Source of the DNA: Mollicutes bacterium
GTDB taxonomy: Bacteria > Bacillota_I > Bacilli_A > Izemoplasmatales > Izemoplasmataceae
Assembly: GCA_003551005.1 (NCBI GenBank)
Contig: PULR01000002.1
Coordinates: forward strand, 53,809 to 117,808
Direction of reading: 5' to 3'
DNA: 64,000 bases
Below are positions 55,955-64,000 of this stretch, in pieces. Made by a program: the position numbers and the translations under genes. Positions within the stretch are counted from its first letter, which is position 1. Every line of letters starts with the position of its first letter. The notes beneath the pieces are model-generated. The model worked only from the letters and a program-made list of their open reading frames with translations. It was not told where the DNA came from and did not search any database.

Positions 55955-56311
55955 CTAGAGAATCGCATCGAACAATTCATCCAGCCGCTCCTGTTCCCCG
56001 CTGAGATGAAGACGGCCGATGAGGGCTTCAAGGCCCGTCGCGAGCTTGTAGGTCATCAGGTCTTCCTTGCGGGACTTGCGGGCCAATGGTGCGTTACGCC
56101 CTCTGCGGACGACATCACGCTCCGCTTCCGTCAGCAACGGATAGAGCCGGTTCAAGGCCCGCTGCTGAGCGGCCGCGTTGGTCCGTTCAATCGCGGCGCG
56201 GTGAAGATTCTTCGCCTGGCTGTGGCCCGTGGCGAGCAGGTGTTCGCGCACTCTGAGCTCATAAACCGCATCACCGATGTAGGCGAGCGTCTGTGCGTTG
56301 TAGGTCAGCAT
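55955..56311 (-). CDS. mrnC: mini-ribonuclease III
   Basis: LAYIGDAVYELRVREHLL motif in 118 aa, directly after cysS. Confidence 0.88.
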   Translation of the reverse strand: MLTYNAQTLAYIGDAVYELRVREHLLATGHSQAKNLHRAAIERTNAAAQQRALNRLYPLLTEAERDVVRRGRNAPLARKSRKEDLMTYKLATGLEALIGRLHLSGEQERLDELFDAIL

Positions 56312-56313
56312 CC

Positions 56314-57648
56314 TCAGATGATGCCCCTTTCCTGCAGCTTCTCCCGGATTGCATCGGCCCGTTCGTACTCCTTGTGCTGCCGCGCCTCGGTCCAGGCGTG
56401 ATACAGCGCACGGTCGTTCTGGGTGAGGCGGCGGACTCTGGGGTCGAGTCCGAGGACCCGGAAAAAGGTGTCAAAAAGTTCAACCGCTGCGCGCATCTGC
56501 GGAAAGGTGTCCTTCTCTCGCAGCTTCTGGTTGGCATATTTGGTTAAATTGTGCAGTTCCGTGATGGCGTTGGGTGTGTTGAAATCCTGTTCCATGGCTT
56601 CGATGAAATTGTGGTAGATGCGGTTGAGGCGGCTGTCGAAGGAACCGTTGCGATCAAGCTTCTCAGCCAGATCGAGACGATAGAACGTCTGGGCGTAGGT
56701 CCGCTTGATTTTCTGCCAGTCGTTGACATGGTTGGTCAACGTCTCGTCCGAATAATCGATGGGGGCGCGATAATGGGTGTTGAGCGTGAACAGCCTGAAT
56801 CCCATGTAATCGTAGTCGAGGTCCTTGACGAGAATGACCCGCCCTTCGCTCTTCGACATCTTCTGCTGGTCGATGTTGAGCAGGCCGTTGTGCATCCAGT
56901 AGTTGGCGATCGGATGACCATGGACAGCTCGGTGCTGCGCAATCTCGTTCTCGTGATGCGGGAACATCAACCCCGTTCCGCCGCCGTGGATGTCGATGTG
57001 CCCACCGAAAATCTCTTCAATCATGGCGACGCATTCGGTATGCCAGCCCGGTCGACCCTCACCCCAGGGAGAGGGATAGGTCACGCCCTCCTCGACGCGT
57101 TTCCAGAGCGTGAAATCAAGGGGATTCTCCTTCTCGGCCTCGACTGAGACCCGGGCGCCTTCCATGAGTTCTTCCACCCGGCGCCCCGAAAGCATCCCGT
57201 AATCGGGAATCTCCGAAACCCGGAAATAGACATTCCCGTTTCTTTCATAGGCGTACCCGCTTCGGACAAGCCGGTCGATGTAGTCAATGATCGCGCTCAT
57301 GTGTTCGGTAACCCGCGGCGCGAGATATTTCGTGGTGCTGCCGAGTCGTTCGACGTCACGGTAGAAGGCCTCGATGAAACGGTTCGCGATGGTCATCTCG
57401 TCAGTCTCATCCTCAAGCGCCTTCGTGACAATCTTATCGTCGACATCGGTGAAGTTCGAGACGAAGTTCACGGTATATCCCATGTGTTCGAAAAACCGTC
57501 GCACAACGTCGAAAAACACCACCGGGCGGGCGTTGCCGATGTGGATATAGTTATAGACGGTCGGGCCGCAGACGTAGATGTCGATGATTCCCTCACGCTT
57601 CGGTTCGAACGTCTCGGTCCGTTTCGTCAATGAATTGTAGAGGCGCAT
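56314..57648 (-). CDS. cysS: cysteine--tRNA ligase
   Basis: HIGNARP and KMSKS class-I motifs. Confidence 0.97.
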   Translation of the reverse strand: MRLYNSLTKRTETFEPKREGIIDIYVCGPTVYNYIHIGNARPVVFFDVVRRFFEHMGYTVNFVSNFTDVDDKIVTKALEDETDEMTIANRFIEAFYRDVERLGSTTKYLAPRVTEHMSAIIDYIDRLVRSGYAYERNGNVYFRVSEIPDYGMLSGRRVEELMEGARVSVEAEKENPLDFTLWKRVEEGVTYPSPWGEGRPGWHTECVAMIEEIFGGHIDIHGGGTGLMFPHHENEIAQHRAVHGHPIANYWMHNGLLNIDQQKMSKSEGRVILVKDLDYDYMGFRLFTLNTHYRAPIDYSDETLTNHVNDWQKIKRTYAQTFYRLDLAEKLDRNGSFDSRLNRIYHNFIEAMEQDFNTPNAITELHNLTKYANQKLREKDTFPQMRAAVELFDTFFRVLGLDPRVRRLTQNDRALYHAWTEARQHKEYERADAIREKLQERGII

Positions 57649-57732
57649 AAAAAGCCCACCTTTCGAAGTATCCCGATCGATACTATTTTAACACAGCCGG
57701 CCCGGCGAGGAAACGAACCGGCCTTTAATGAT

Positions 57733-57757
57733 AAAAAAACAGGGGGTTTCCCCCCTG
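57733..57757 (-). terminator. intrinsic terminator after csp
   Basis: Minus strand CAGGGGG-GAAA-CCCCCUG followed by U7. Confidence 0.85.
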
Positions 57758-57770
57758 TCTTCAACTCCGT

Positions 57771-58004
57771 TTAAAGCTTTTCAACGTTGGCCGCTTGCGG
57801 GCCGCGGTCGCCTTCGACTACTTCAAACTCCACCTTGTCGCCTTCATTGAGTGTCTTGAAACCTTCCTGGTTGATGGCGCTGTAATGGACGAAGACATCG
57901 CGTGCACGTTCTGTCTGCATTTCCTCTTCGCTGACGAATTCATCGTCCTTGGTGATGAAGCCATAGCCCTTTTCAGAGTTGAACCACTTAACTGTGCCAG
58001 TCAT
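57771..58004 (-). CDS. cold-shock domain protein with a 12-aa loop insertion
   Basis: [15 protein letters not shown] (RNP1), VFVHYSAI (RNP2) and [10 protein letters not shown]. 77 aa rather than about 66. Confidence 0.93.
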   Translation of the reverse strand: MTGTVKWFNSEKGYGFITKDDEFVSEEEMQTERARDVFVHYSAINQEGFKTLNEGDKVEFEVVEGDRGPQAANVEKL

Positions 58005-58041
58005 GTAACCAAAAATCTCCTTTTCCTAACGTGATAGGGCC

Positions 58042-58070
58042 ATTATACTATGAAGTTCGACAGAATGCAA
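58042..58070 (-). promoter_or_regulatory. promoter for csp
   Basis: Minus strand TTGCAT (58070-58065), 17 nt, TATAAT (58047-58042). Confidence 0.55.
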
Positions 58071-58080
58071 CCGATTTTGG

Positions 58081-59511
58081 CTATTCAAGGGTATCCAGGG
58101 TCTTTGAAACTCTCTGCAGGACCGTCTCCCGACCCAGCAGGGAGATCATGCGTGGCAGGTCCGGACCCTTCATGCGGCCGCTGATTGCAATCCTTACGGG
58201 CATGAACAGCTGCTTGCCCTTCATGCCTGTCGCCTTTCCGGCCTGTTTGATGGCTTGCTTGATTGCATCGGCATCGAACGTATCGAGCGCCTGCAGTCGG
58301 CCTTTCAAGTCACCAAGCAAGGTTGCGGCGCCGTCTGTGGCGGCGAGGAATTCCCTCGCCTCCGTTTCGAGGGTGAAGGGACCCTTGAAGAAGGCATGGT
58401 AAAGATCAACAATCTCCGCTCCATAATCAAGCCGCTCCTGCAGAAGCGAGACCAGTTCGCGGACCCACGCCGGATCTTTGTCTTCGGTAATGCCCTCCGA
58501 CTCAAGGAACGGACGGCATAAGGCTACAGCTTCATCCAGCTCAAGACGCTGGATGTGCTGGTGGTTGAGGTAGTGCAGCTTACCGGCGTCGAACGTGGCG
58601 GGCGAGCCCGATAGCCGGTTTTCATCGAAACGTTCAACCAAAGCCCCGGGGGTGAACACTTCCGCTTTCGCATCCGGGCTCCAGCCTAGAAGCGCGATGA
58701 AATTGAACAACGCTTCGGGGAGGAAACCGCGTTCCTTGAACTGGCTGATGTACTGCAGCACAGACCCGGAACGTTTGGATAACTTGCGTCCGTCTTTATC
58801 GACAATCAGCGGCATGTGGCCGTAGATTGGTCGTTTGAAGCCCAGAGCGTCGAGCACCATCAACTGGCGGGGTGTATTTGTAATGTGGTCCTCGCCTCGC
58901 AGCACATGCGATATCTTCATCAACGCATCATCGATAGCGCAGGCGAAGTTGTAGGTCGGAATCCCGTTGCGCTTCATAATGACCCAATCACCGATATCTT
59001 CACTTTGGAACGTCACGGTGTCCTTGATAAGGTCATCGAAGGCGTAGCGCGTCGCATCGGGCACTTTGAAGCGGATGGCGTAGGGAGCGTCCTGTTCCGG
59101 CTTGTCGAGACAGCGTCGTGGATAGTGGAACCGATCCGCGCCGGAGGCCTCCTGTTCACGCTTGATGGCTTCGAGTTCCTCATCCGTGCAATAACATCGA
59201 TAAGCCATGCCGCTTTCGATGAGGGCTTCCGCGTAATGTCGATACCATTCGAGGCGGTCGAGTTGACGGTAAGGACCGACCCCGCCTTCCTTGTCGATGG
59301 ATTCGTCCCAGTCGATACCCAGCCAGCGCAAAAGCGAAAGCTGGTCCTCGACACCGGTGTCGACATTGCGGGCGACATCCGTGTCTTCGATGCGGACAAT
59401 GAAGGAGCCGCCGTGGCGGCGGGCGAAAAGATAATTGAAAAGCGCGGTCCGGGCGTTCCCGATATGCAGATATCCGGTCGGGCTCGGGGCGTAGCGCACT
59501 CTGACGTCCAT
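58081..59511 (-). CDS. gltX: glutamate--tRNA ligase
   Basis: RYAPSPTGYLHIGNARTALFNY and KLSKR. Confidence 0.97.
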   Translation of the reverse strand: MDVRVRYAPSPTGYLHIGNARTALFNYLFARRHGGSFIVRIEDTDVARNVDTGVEDQLSLLRWLGIDWDESIDKEGGVGPYRQLDRLEWYRHYAEALIESGMAYRCYCTDEELEAIKREQEASGADRFHYPRRCLDKPEQDAPYAIRFKVPDATRYAFDDLIKDTVTFQSEDIGDWVIMKRNGIPTYNFACAIDDALMKISHVLRGEDHITNTPRQLMVLDALGFKRPIYGHMPLIVDKDGRKLSKRSGSVLQYISQFKERGFLPEALFNFIALLGWSPDAKAEVFTPGALVERFDENRLSGSPATFDAGKLHYLNHQHIQRLELDEAVALCRPFLESEGITEDKDPAWVRELVSLLQERLDYGAEIVDLYHAFFKGPFTLETEAREFLAATDGAATLLGDLKGRLQALDTFDADAIKQAIKQAGKATGMKGKQLFMPVRIAISGRMKGPDLPRMISLLGRETVLQRVSKTLDTLE

Positions 59512-59547
59512 GTTGTGGCCTCCTATACGGTGATCGGACTAATCTTC

Positions 59548-59576
59548 ATTATAAGGTTCCTGATGGAAACGGGCAA
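59548..59576 (-). promoter_or_regulatory. possible promoter for gltX
   Basis: Minus strand TTGCCC (59576-59571), 17 nt, TATAAT (59553-59548). Confidence 0.45.
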
Positions 59577-59587
59577 GTCCGGGATTG

Positions 59588-59614
59588 AAAAAGTCCCCCT
59601 GCGGAGAGGGGGAC
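59588..59614 (-). terminator. intrinsic terminator after rpsI
   Basis: Minus strand GUCCCCCU-CUCCGC-AGGGGGAC followed by UUUUUC. Confidence 0.8.
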
Positions 59615-59642
59615 TCTTTGTGGGGGCGATTTGCAGGAATGT

Positions 59643-60038
59643 TCAACGCTTGCTGAACTGCGGCGAGCGACGCGCCTTGCGGAGTCCGTATTTCTTGCGT
59701 TCCTTCTCGCGAGGGTCACGTGTGAGAAGTCCCGCTTTCTTCAGCGGTTTTCGGTAATCGGCGCTGACTTCTAAAAGGGCCCGGGCAATGCCGTGACGGA
59801 TGGCTCCGGCCTGACCCGAGATGCCGCCGCCATCGACGTTCACCTGGATGTCGAACGACTGCTTGTTGTCGGTCAGTTCGAGAGGCTGGAACACATCAAG
59901 CCGCATCGAAGGGGAAGGAATATGCTCTTTCAAGGGACGGTCGTTGACAATGAACTCACCGGATCCGGGTTTCAAGATGACCCGTGCGATAGCGTTCTTC
60001 CGTCTCCCGGTTCCCTGATATCGCGTTTCTTCTTTCAT
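59643..60038 (-). CDS. rpsI: 30S ribosomal protein S9
   Basis: [12 protein letters not shown] and a C-terminal [11 protein letters not shown]. Confidence 0.97.
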   Translation of the reverse strand: MKEETRYQGTGRRKNAIARVILKPGSGEFIVNDRPLKEHIPSPSMRLDVFQPLELTDNKQSFDIQVNVDGGGISGQAGAIRHGIARALLEVSADYRKPLKKAGLLTRDPREKERKKYGLRKARRSPQFSKR

Positions 60039-60053
60039 CGGTAGTCTTCCTCC

Positions 60054-60488
60054 TTATCCTTCGAGCTCGTAGGGTGTGGGTTGTTGTGCCTGATGCGGAT
60101 GCTCCTCGCCTTCGTAGACGTAGAGTTTGTTGAACATCCGGCTGCCGAGCTTGTTTCGCGGAAGCATACCCTTGATGGCGAGTTCGACCATCTTCGTGGG
60201 ATGTTTCCGGTTCATCTCCTCGGCGGTCCGCTCCTTGAGCGAGCCGGGATGCTGGGAGTGGCGATAGTATTTCTTCTGCTCCCATTTTTTCCCGGTGAGT
60301 TCCACGTCCTTCGCATTGATGACGATGACGTAGTCGCCATTGTCCACGTGGGGTGTGAACGTCGGCTTATGCTTGCCTTTCAAAAGCGCGGCCACTTCGG
60401 TTGATAGGCGTCCGAGTCGCTGCCCTTTCGCGTCGACGACGAACCAGTTCCGGTCGACGTCTTCTTTTCTGGTCATGTATGTTTTCAT
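60054..60488 (-). CDS. rplM: 50S ribosomal protein L13
   Basis: [35 protein letters not shown]. Confidence 0.97.
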   Translation of the reverse strand: MKTYMTRKEDVDRNWFVVDAKGQRLGRLSTEVAALLKGKHKPTFTPHVDNGDYVIVINAKDVELTGKKWEQKKYYRHSQHPGSLKERTAEEMNRKHPTKMVELAIKGMLPRNKLGSRMFNKLYVYEGEEHPHQAQQPTPYELEG

Positions 60489-60553
60489 GTCGAGCTAGCC
60501 TCCTAAATCGATAAGGGATCGGGGCTATGGGGTTTGGAAATGTACCAAAGGAT

Positions 60554-60582
60554 ATAATAGCCCATCGGGTGCTGCTTGTCAA
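60554..60582 (-). promoter_or_regulatory. promoter for rplM-rpsI, followed by a roughly 60-nt leader
   Basis: Minus strand TTGACA (60582-60577), 17 nt, TATTAT (60559-60554). Confidence 0.6.
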
Positions 60583-60599
60583 TGCTTATGTAATGATTG

Positions 60600-62528
60600 T
60601 CACTGAATCTTGTCTCCGGGGTTGAGTCCATCGAGGGTCAGCACTTCGAGCTCGTCGTCGTTGGAGCCCGCTAGCAGCATCCCCTCGCTTTTCTCACCGC
60701 GCAGCGTGACCGGTTCGAGGTTGGCAATGACCGCGACGTGTTTGTCGATCAGCTCCTTGGAATCATAGTGCTTGGCGATGCCGGCGACAATCTGGCGCTG
60801 CTCCCCGCCGATATCGACCTGGAGCACGAGCAGTTTGTCGGCGTTGGGATGCGCCTTGCTGTCGACGACTCTCGCGACCCGCACGTCCAGTTTGACAAAG
60901 TCCTCGATGGTGGCTTTCTCCTCATCAGACTCTTCAGATTCCTCCGCATCGTCGCCACGGATGATGCGTTGAAGCTTCTCGACCTCTTCCTCGACATCCA
61001 GGCGAGGAAAGAGAGGGGAGGGTTTACTGACGGTCTCGACAGCGTCAAGCGTCCCGAACTCCAGTGTATCGAAGCCGCGGAGCTTTTGAGGGATGCCGAG
61101 CTGCCTGAAGAGGGACTCGCTCGCATCCAGCAGAATGGGCCGGAGCAGAACCCCGATGAAGCGCAGGGATTCGCTCAGGTGATAGAGCACGTTCTCGAGT
61201 TCCGCCCGGCGGGAGTCGTCCTTGCCCAGAATCCACGGCGTGGTCTCGTCGATATATTTGTTGGTGCGGGAGATGAGCTTCCACACGGACCGGATCGCTT
61301 CCGCAACCTTGAGCTCCTCGATGTTTTCCGTATATTCCTTGATGGTCTGTTCACACGTCTCGCGCAGCGAGGCGTCGTAGTCGGTCCCTTCTTTCGAAAA
61401 GGCAGTGACCTTGCCGTCGAAATACTTGTTAATCATCGACACGGTGCGGTTGAGAAGATTCCCGAAATCATTCGCCAGATCATAGTTGATGCGCTCGACG
61501 AACGTTTCCGGCGTGAAGACGCCATCGCCGCCGTAGGGCAGCTCCCGGAGGAGGAAATAGCGTAGTTCGTCAAGTCCATAGCGCTCCATGAGCGTATCGG
61601 GATAGATGACCCCGCCTTTCGACTTGCTCATCTTGCCTTCCTTCATCATGTAGAAGCCATGCGCGTGCAGCCGGAAAGTTATGGGTACATCCAGTGCCAT
61701 GAGCATGATCGGCCAGTAAATGGCATGGAAGCGCAGGATGTCCTTGCCGACGACATGCACGACTTCGTCGCCATGCCAATACTTCTTGTAGAGACTGTCG
61801 TCATCGGTCAAATAGCCAAGGGCGCTCAGATAGTTCGACAAAGCATCAATCCAAACATAGACGACGTGCTTGGGGTTGCTGATGACCTTGATGCCCCAAT
61901 CAAAAGTCGTCCGGGAGACACTCAGATCGTTGAGGCCCTGACGGATGAACTCGAGCACTTCGTTGCGCCTCGATTCCGGCGTGATGAAGTCAGGATTGTC
62001 CTCGATGAACTTGAGAAGCTGTTTCTCATACTTGCTGAGCCGTAGGAAATAGCTCTCTTCTTTAAGCTTGCTGGTCTCACGGCCACAGTCGGGACAAGTC
62101 GCCCCTTCACCCAGCTGGCTTTCGGTGAAGAAGGCCTCGCAATGCATGCAATAGTGTCCCTCGTAGGTGCCGAGGTAGATGTCCCCTTGTTCGAGGAGCT
62201 GCTCGAATATCTTCTGGACGACGGTCTTGTGGCGTTTCTCCGTCGTGCGGATGAAATCATCATAGGAAATCTGCATCCGGTCCCATAGCGCCCGCGTCTG
62301 CTCGGCGATCTCATCGACGTGCTCGCTCGGTGGCAGATTGCGTTCCTCCGCGACGGTCTCGATTTTCTTTCCATGCTCGTCCATGCCGGTCAGATAGTAC
62401 GTATCGTAGCCGCGCATCTCCTTGTATCGCCTGAGCATATCGCAAAGCACCGTCGTATAGGTGTTCCCGATATGCAGCTTGCCGCTCGGGTAATAGATCG
62501 GCGTGGTGACGTAGAACGTCTTCGCCAT
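60600..62528 (-). CDS. metG: methionine--tRNA ligase with C-terminal tRNA-binding (EMAP/Trbp111-like) domain
   Basis: KLHIGN, KMSKS, a CxxC..CxxC zinc knuckle and a C-terminal PNADKLLVLQVDIG. ATG at 62528 with AAGGAG 8 nt upstream. Confidence 0.97.
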   Translation of the reverse strand: MAKTFYVTTPIYYPSGKLHIGNTYTTVLCDMLRRYKEMRGYDTYYLTGMDEHGKKIETVAEERNLPPSEHVDEIAEQTRALWDRMQISYDDFIRTTEKRHKTVVQKIFEQLLEQGDIYLGTYEGHYCMHCEAFFTESQLGEGATCPDCGRETSKLKEESYFLRLSKYEKQLLKFIEDNPDFITPESRRNEVLEFIRQGLNDLSVSRTTFDWGIKVISNPKHVVYVWIDALSNYLSALGYLTDDDSLYKKYWHGDEVVHVVGKDILRFHAIYWPIMLMALDVPITFRLHAHGFYMMKEGKMSKSKGGVIYPDTLMERYGLDELRYFLLRELPYGGDGVFTPETFVERINYDLANDFGNLLNRTVSMINKYFDGKVTAFSKEGTDYDASLRETCEQTIKEYTENIEELKVAEAIRSVWKLISRTNKYIDETTPWILGKDDSRRAELENVLYHLSESLRFIGVLLRPILLDASESLFRQLGIPQKLRGFDTLEFGTLDAVETVSKPSPLFPRLDVEEEVEKLQRIIRGDDAEESEESDEEKATIEDFVKLDVRVARVVDSKAHPNADKLLVLQVDIGGEQRQIVAGIAKHYDSKELIDKHVAVIANLEPVTLRGEKSEGMLLAGSNDDELEVLTLDGLNPGDKIQ

Positions 62529-62540
62529 AGGTTTCACTCC

Positions 62541-63395
62541 TTATTCAAGGTTCGTTTTGTATCTTTGGTAAGCCATGTAGACCTCGTTCTTCTTGACGCC
62601 CCGCGCGGAGGCCGCCTGCTTGATTGCATCCTTCTCGCTGAATCCGTCCTCAAGCAGGAGCTGCACGTGATCGACCGCGTCGACACGCTCAAGCGAGACA
62701 TCCTGCGACGCACCTTCGACGAGGAGGACGAGTTCGCCTTTGAGCTTGGGCAAATCGTGGACTTCGGAAAGTCTCAGCCGGGTGATTTCCTCATATTTTT
62801 TCGAAAGCTCCCTGGCGATGACCACTCGGCGCTCGCCGAAGCTTTCCTTCATCGCCTCCAACGATGCATGCAGTCGTTGCGGGGCTTCGTAGAAGACAAG
62901 GGTATAAGTCAGTGTTGAAAGCGCGCGCAGGCGTTGTCTGCGTTCGCCCGCTTTCGACGGCAGAAAGCCGAAGAACAGGAATGGATGCGGCGGAAGACCG
63001 GAGGCAACGATGGCGGGAAGGAAGGCGGTCGGACCCGGAAGGGCCACCACTTTTCTTCCACGAGCAACCAGGGTATCGACAAGCCGGCCGCCCGGGTCAC
63101 TGATGAGCGGCGTCCCTGCATCCGTGATCAGGGCCACCTCGACGCCTTCTGCAAGTATGTTGTCGATTTCCTCGATACGGGCGGATTCGTTGTGCTCGTG
63201 CAAGCTTCGCAACGGCGTGTCGATGCCGTAGTGCCTGAGTAGGCCGCTGCTATGGCGGGTGTCTTCCGCATAAATCCGCGCGACAGTCTGCAAAATCTCC
63301 ACCGAGCGATAGGTGATATCTTTTAAGTTTCCGATGGGCGTCGGCACCAGATACAGGGCCGGGGTTTCATCGAGATAACTACGCTGGATGTGCAT
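62541..63395 (-). CDS. rsmI: 16S rRNA (cytidine1402-2'-O)-methyltransferase
   Basis: LYLVPTPIGNLKDITYRSVEIL. ATG at 63395, just after the upstream stop; the longer track ORF overlaps the neighbouring gene. Confidence 0.92.
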   Translation of the reverse strand: MHIQRSYLDETPALYLVPTPIGNLKDITYRSVEILQTVARIYAEDTRHSSGLLRHYGIDTPLRSLHEHNESARIEEIDNILAEGVEVALITDAGTPLISDPGGRLVDTLVARGRKVVALPGPTAFLPAIVASGLPPHPFLFFGFLPSKAGERRQRLRALSTLTYTLVFYEAPQRLHASLEAMKESFGERRVVIARELSKKYEEITRLRLSEVHDLPKLKGELVLLVEGASQDVSLERVDAVDHVQLLLEDGFSEKDAIKQAASARGVKKNEVYMAYQRYKTNLE

Positions 63396-63399
63396 CGGC

Positions 63400-64000
63400 T
63401 CACTTCCTCTTGAATATTCGGAGCACTTCCTCGGAATAGTCCTCCCCCTCATGCACCACAAGCGGAGGAAGAACCTCCACGCCGCCGATGCGTCCGCCGA
63501 CAACGGCTTCGAACAGCACCCGGGAGGCCCTGCTGTCCTGCCTGGAGTGCACCATGCGCAGCCTTTTGAGATGCAGGCGCTCTTCGGCCAGGAGGGCGAT
63601 CACCTCTTCAATCCGCTCCGGCTTGTGCACCAGCGCCAGCCGGCCTTTGTTGCAAAGGAGGTAGCGCGCCGTCCGGACGATATCCTGCAAGGAGAGATCT
63701 TGTTCATGCTTGGCGAGGTTCTTCGCTTTTGAAGCTCCCAAAGCTTTCGTGCCGTAATTGTAATACGGCGGATTGCAGGTGATGTAATCCGCGCTGGAAG
63801 AAGTGAAATGCTCGTGTGCACGCCGCAGGTCATCCTCGACGATGGTGATGGTGTCTTCAAGGCCGTTCAGGCGGATGTTCCGACGAGCGATCTCCGCGGC
63901 CCTCGGCTGGATTTCCATACCATAGATGGCCGCCGATGCTCGTGTGCTCAGAAACAACGGCACAGGGGCGAAACCGGTCCCCAGATCCACAATGACCCGC
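63400..64000 (-). CDS. tRNA (adenine-N6)-methyltransferase-like protein (YabB/TrmN6-like), 5' end beyond the right edge
   Basis: The SAM motif ..RVIVDLGTG is in frame and continues past 64000. Also ITCNPPYY. Confidence 0.8.
   Translation of the reverse strand, partial: RVIVDLGTGFAPVPLFLSTRASAAIYGMEIQPRAAEIARRNIRLNGLEDTITIVEDDLRRAHEHFTSSSADYITCNPPYYNYGTKALGASKAKNLAKHEQDLSLQDIVRTARYLLCNKGRLALVHKPERIEEVIALLAEERLHLKRLRMVHSRQDSRASRVLFEAVVGGRIGGVEVLPPLVVHEGEDYSEEVLRIFKRK

Noticed and set aside
57649-57732. T-box leaders upstream of the aminoacyl-tRNA synthetase genes: cysS here, gltX at 59512..59587, and metG at 62529..62540.
   Set aside because: The leaders are far too short (under about 90 nt, against 200 nt or more for T-boxes). 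They have no specifier-loop or T-box consensus and no terminator/antiterminator pair.

Overview
This is a densely coding core-genome segment with GC-rich third codon positions and a Firmicutes (Bacilli/Erysipelotrichia-like) gene order. I call about 70 protein genes, and all but three (Cof-type HAD hydrolase, asnA, yhhQ) lie on the minus strand.

Gene order, in the direction of minus-strand transcription (right to left):
- trmN6-like (partial), rsmI, metG, rplM-rpsI, gltX, csp, cysS, mrnC, rlmB, sigH-like
- rpmG-secE-nusG-rplKAJL, ybxB-like methyltransferase, rpoBC, rpsLG-fusA-tuf
- tatD, HtrA-like lipoprotein protease, nitroreductase, ychF, a 4-TM protein, cinA, a hydrolase
- rpsF-ssb-rpsR, (yhhQ +), gdpP-rplI-dnaB, prfA-prmC, topA, DUF805 protein, (asnA +)
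- ftsY-ylxM-ffh, (HAD +), a membrane protein, a thioredoxin-like protein, soluble FtsK/SftA-like translocase
- lepB, rbgA, rnhB, tsaC, rpiB, complete F1Fo operon (atpZ-I-B-E-F-H-A-G-D-C), dps, birA, acpP-accB-accC (partial)

rpmG (48 aa) is absent from the ORF track and was found by eye. I saw no rRNA or tRNA genes, CRISPR arrays, IS, phage or integrase genes, or defence-like cassettes. I do not see a convincing novel multi-gene system; this looks like an ordinary housekeeping region.

The observations most worth a second look are:
1. gdpP has no stop codon and reads in frame into a complete rplI that keeps its own Shine-Dalgarno (SD) site.
2. Between ftsY and asnA there is an orphan consensus promoter, three hairpins and a terminator, which suggests a roughly 100-nt C/U-rich sRNA or an ftsY attenuator.
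3. The ATP synthase c subunit carries the full Na+-binding signature.
4. The rplJ leader has a terminator/antiterminator pair, and the rpsL leader is structured and repeat-bearing.
5. ffh and the HAD gene converge with overlapping stop codons that sit in the loop of a shared bidirectional terminator.

Start codons were chosen by inspecting SD spacing and neighbouring stops, so they often differ from the longest-ORF track. Promoters, terminators and RNA elements are sequence-pattern calls only.
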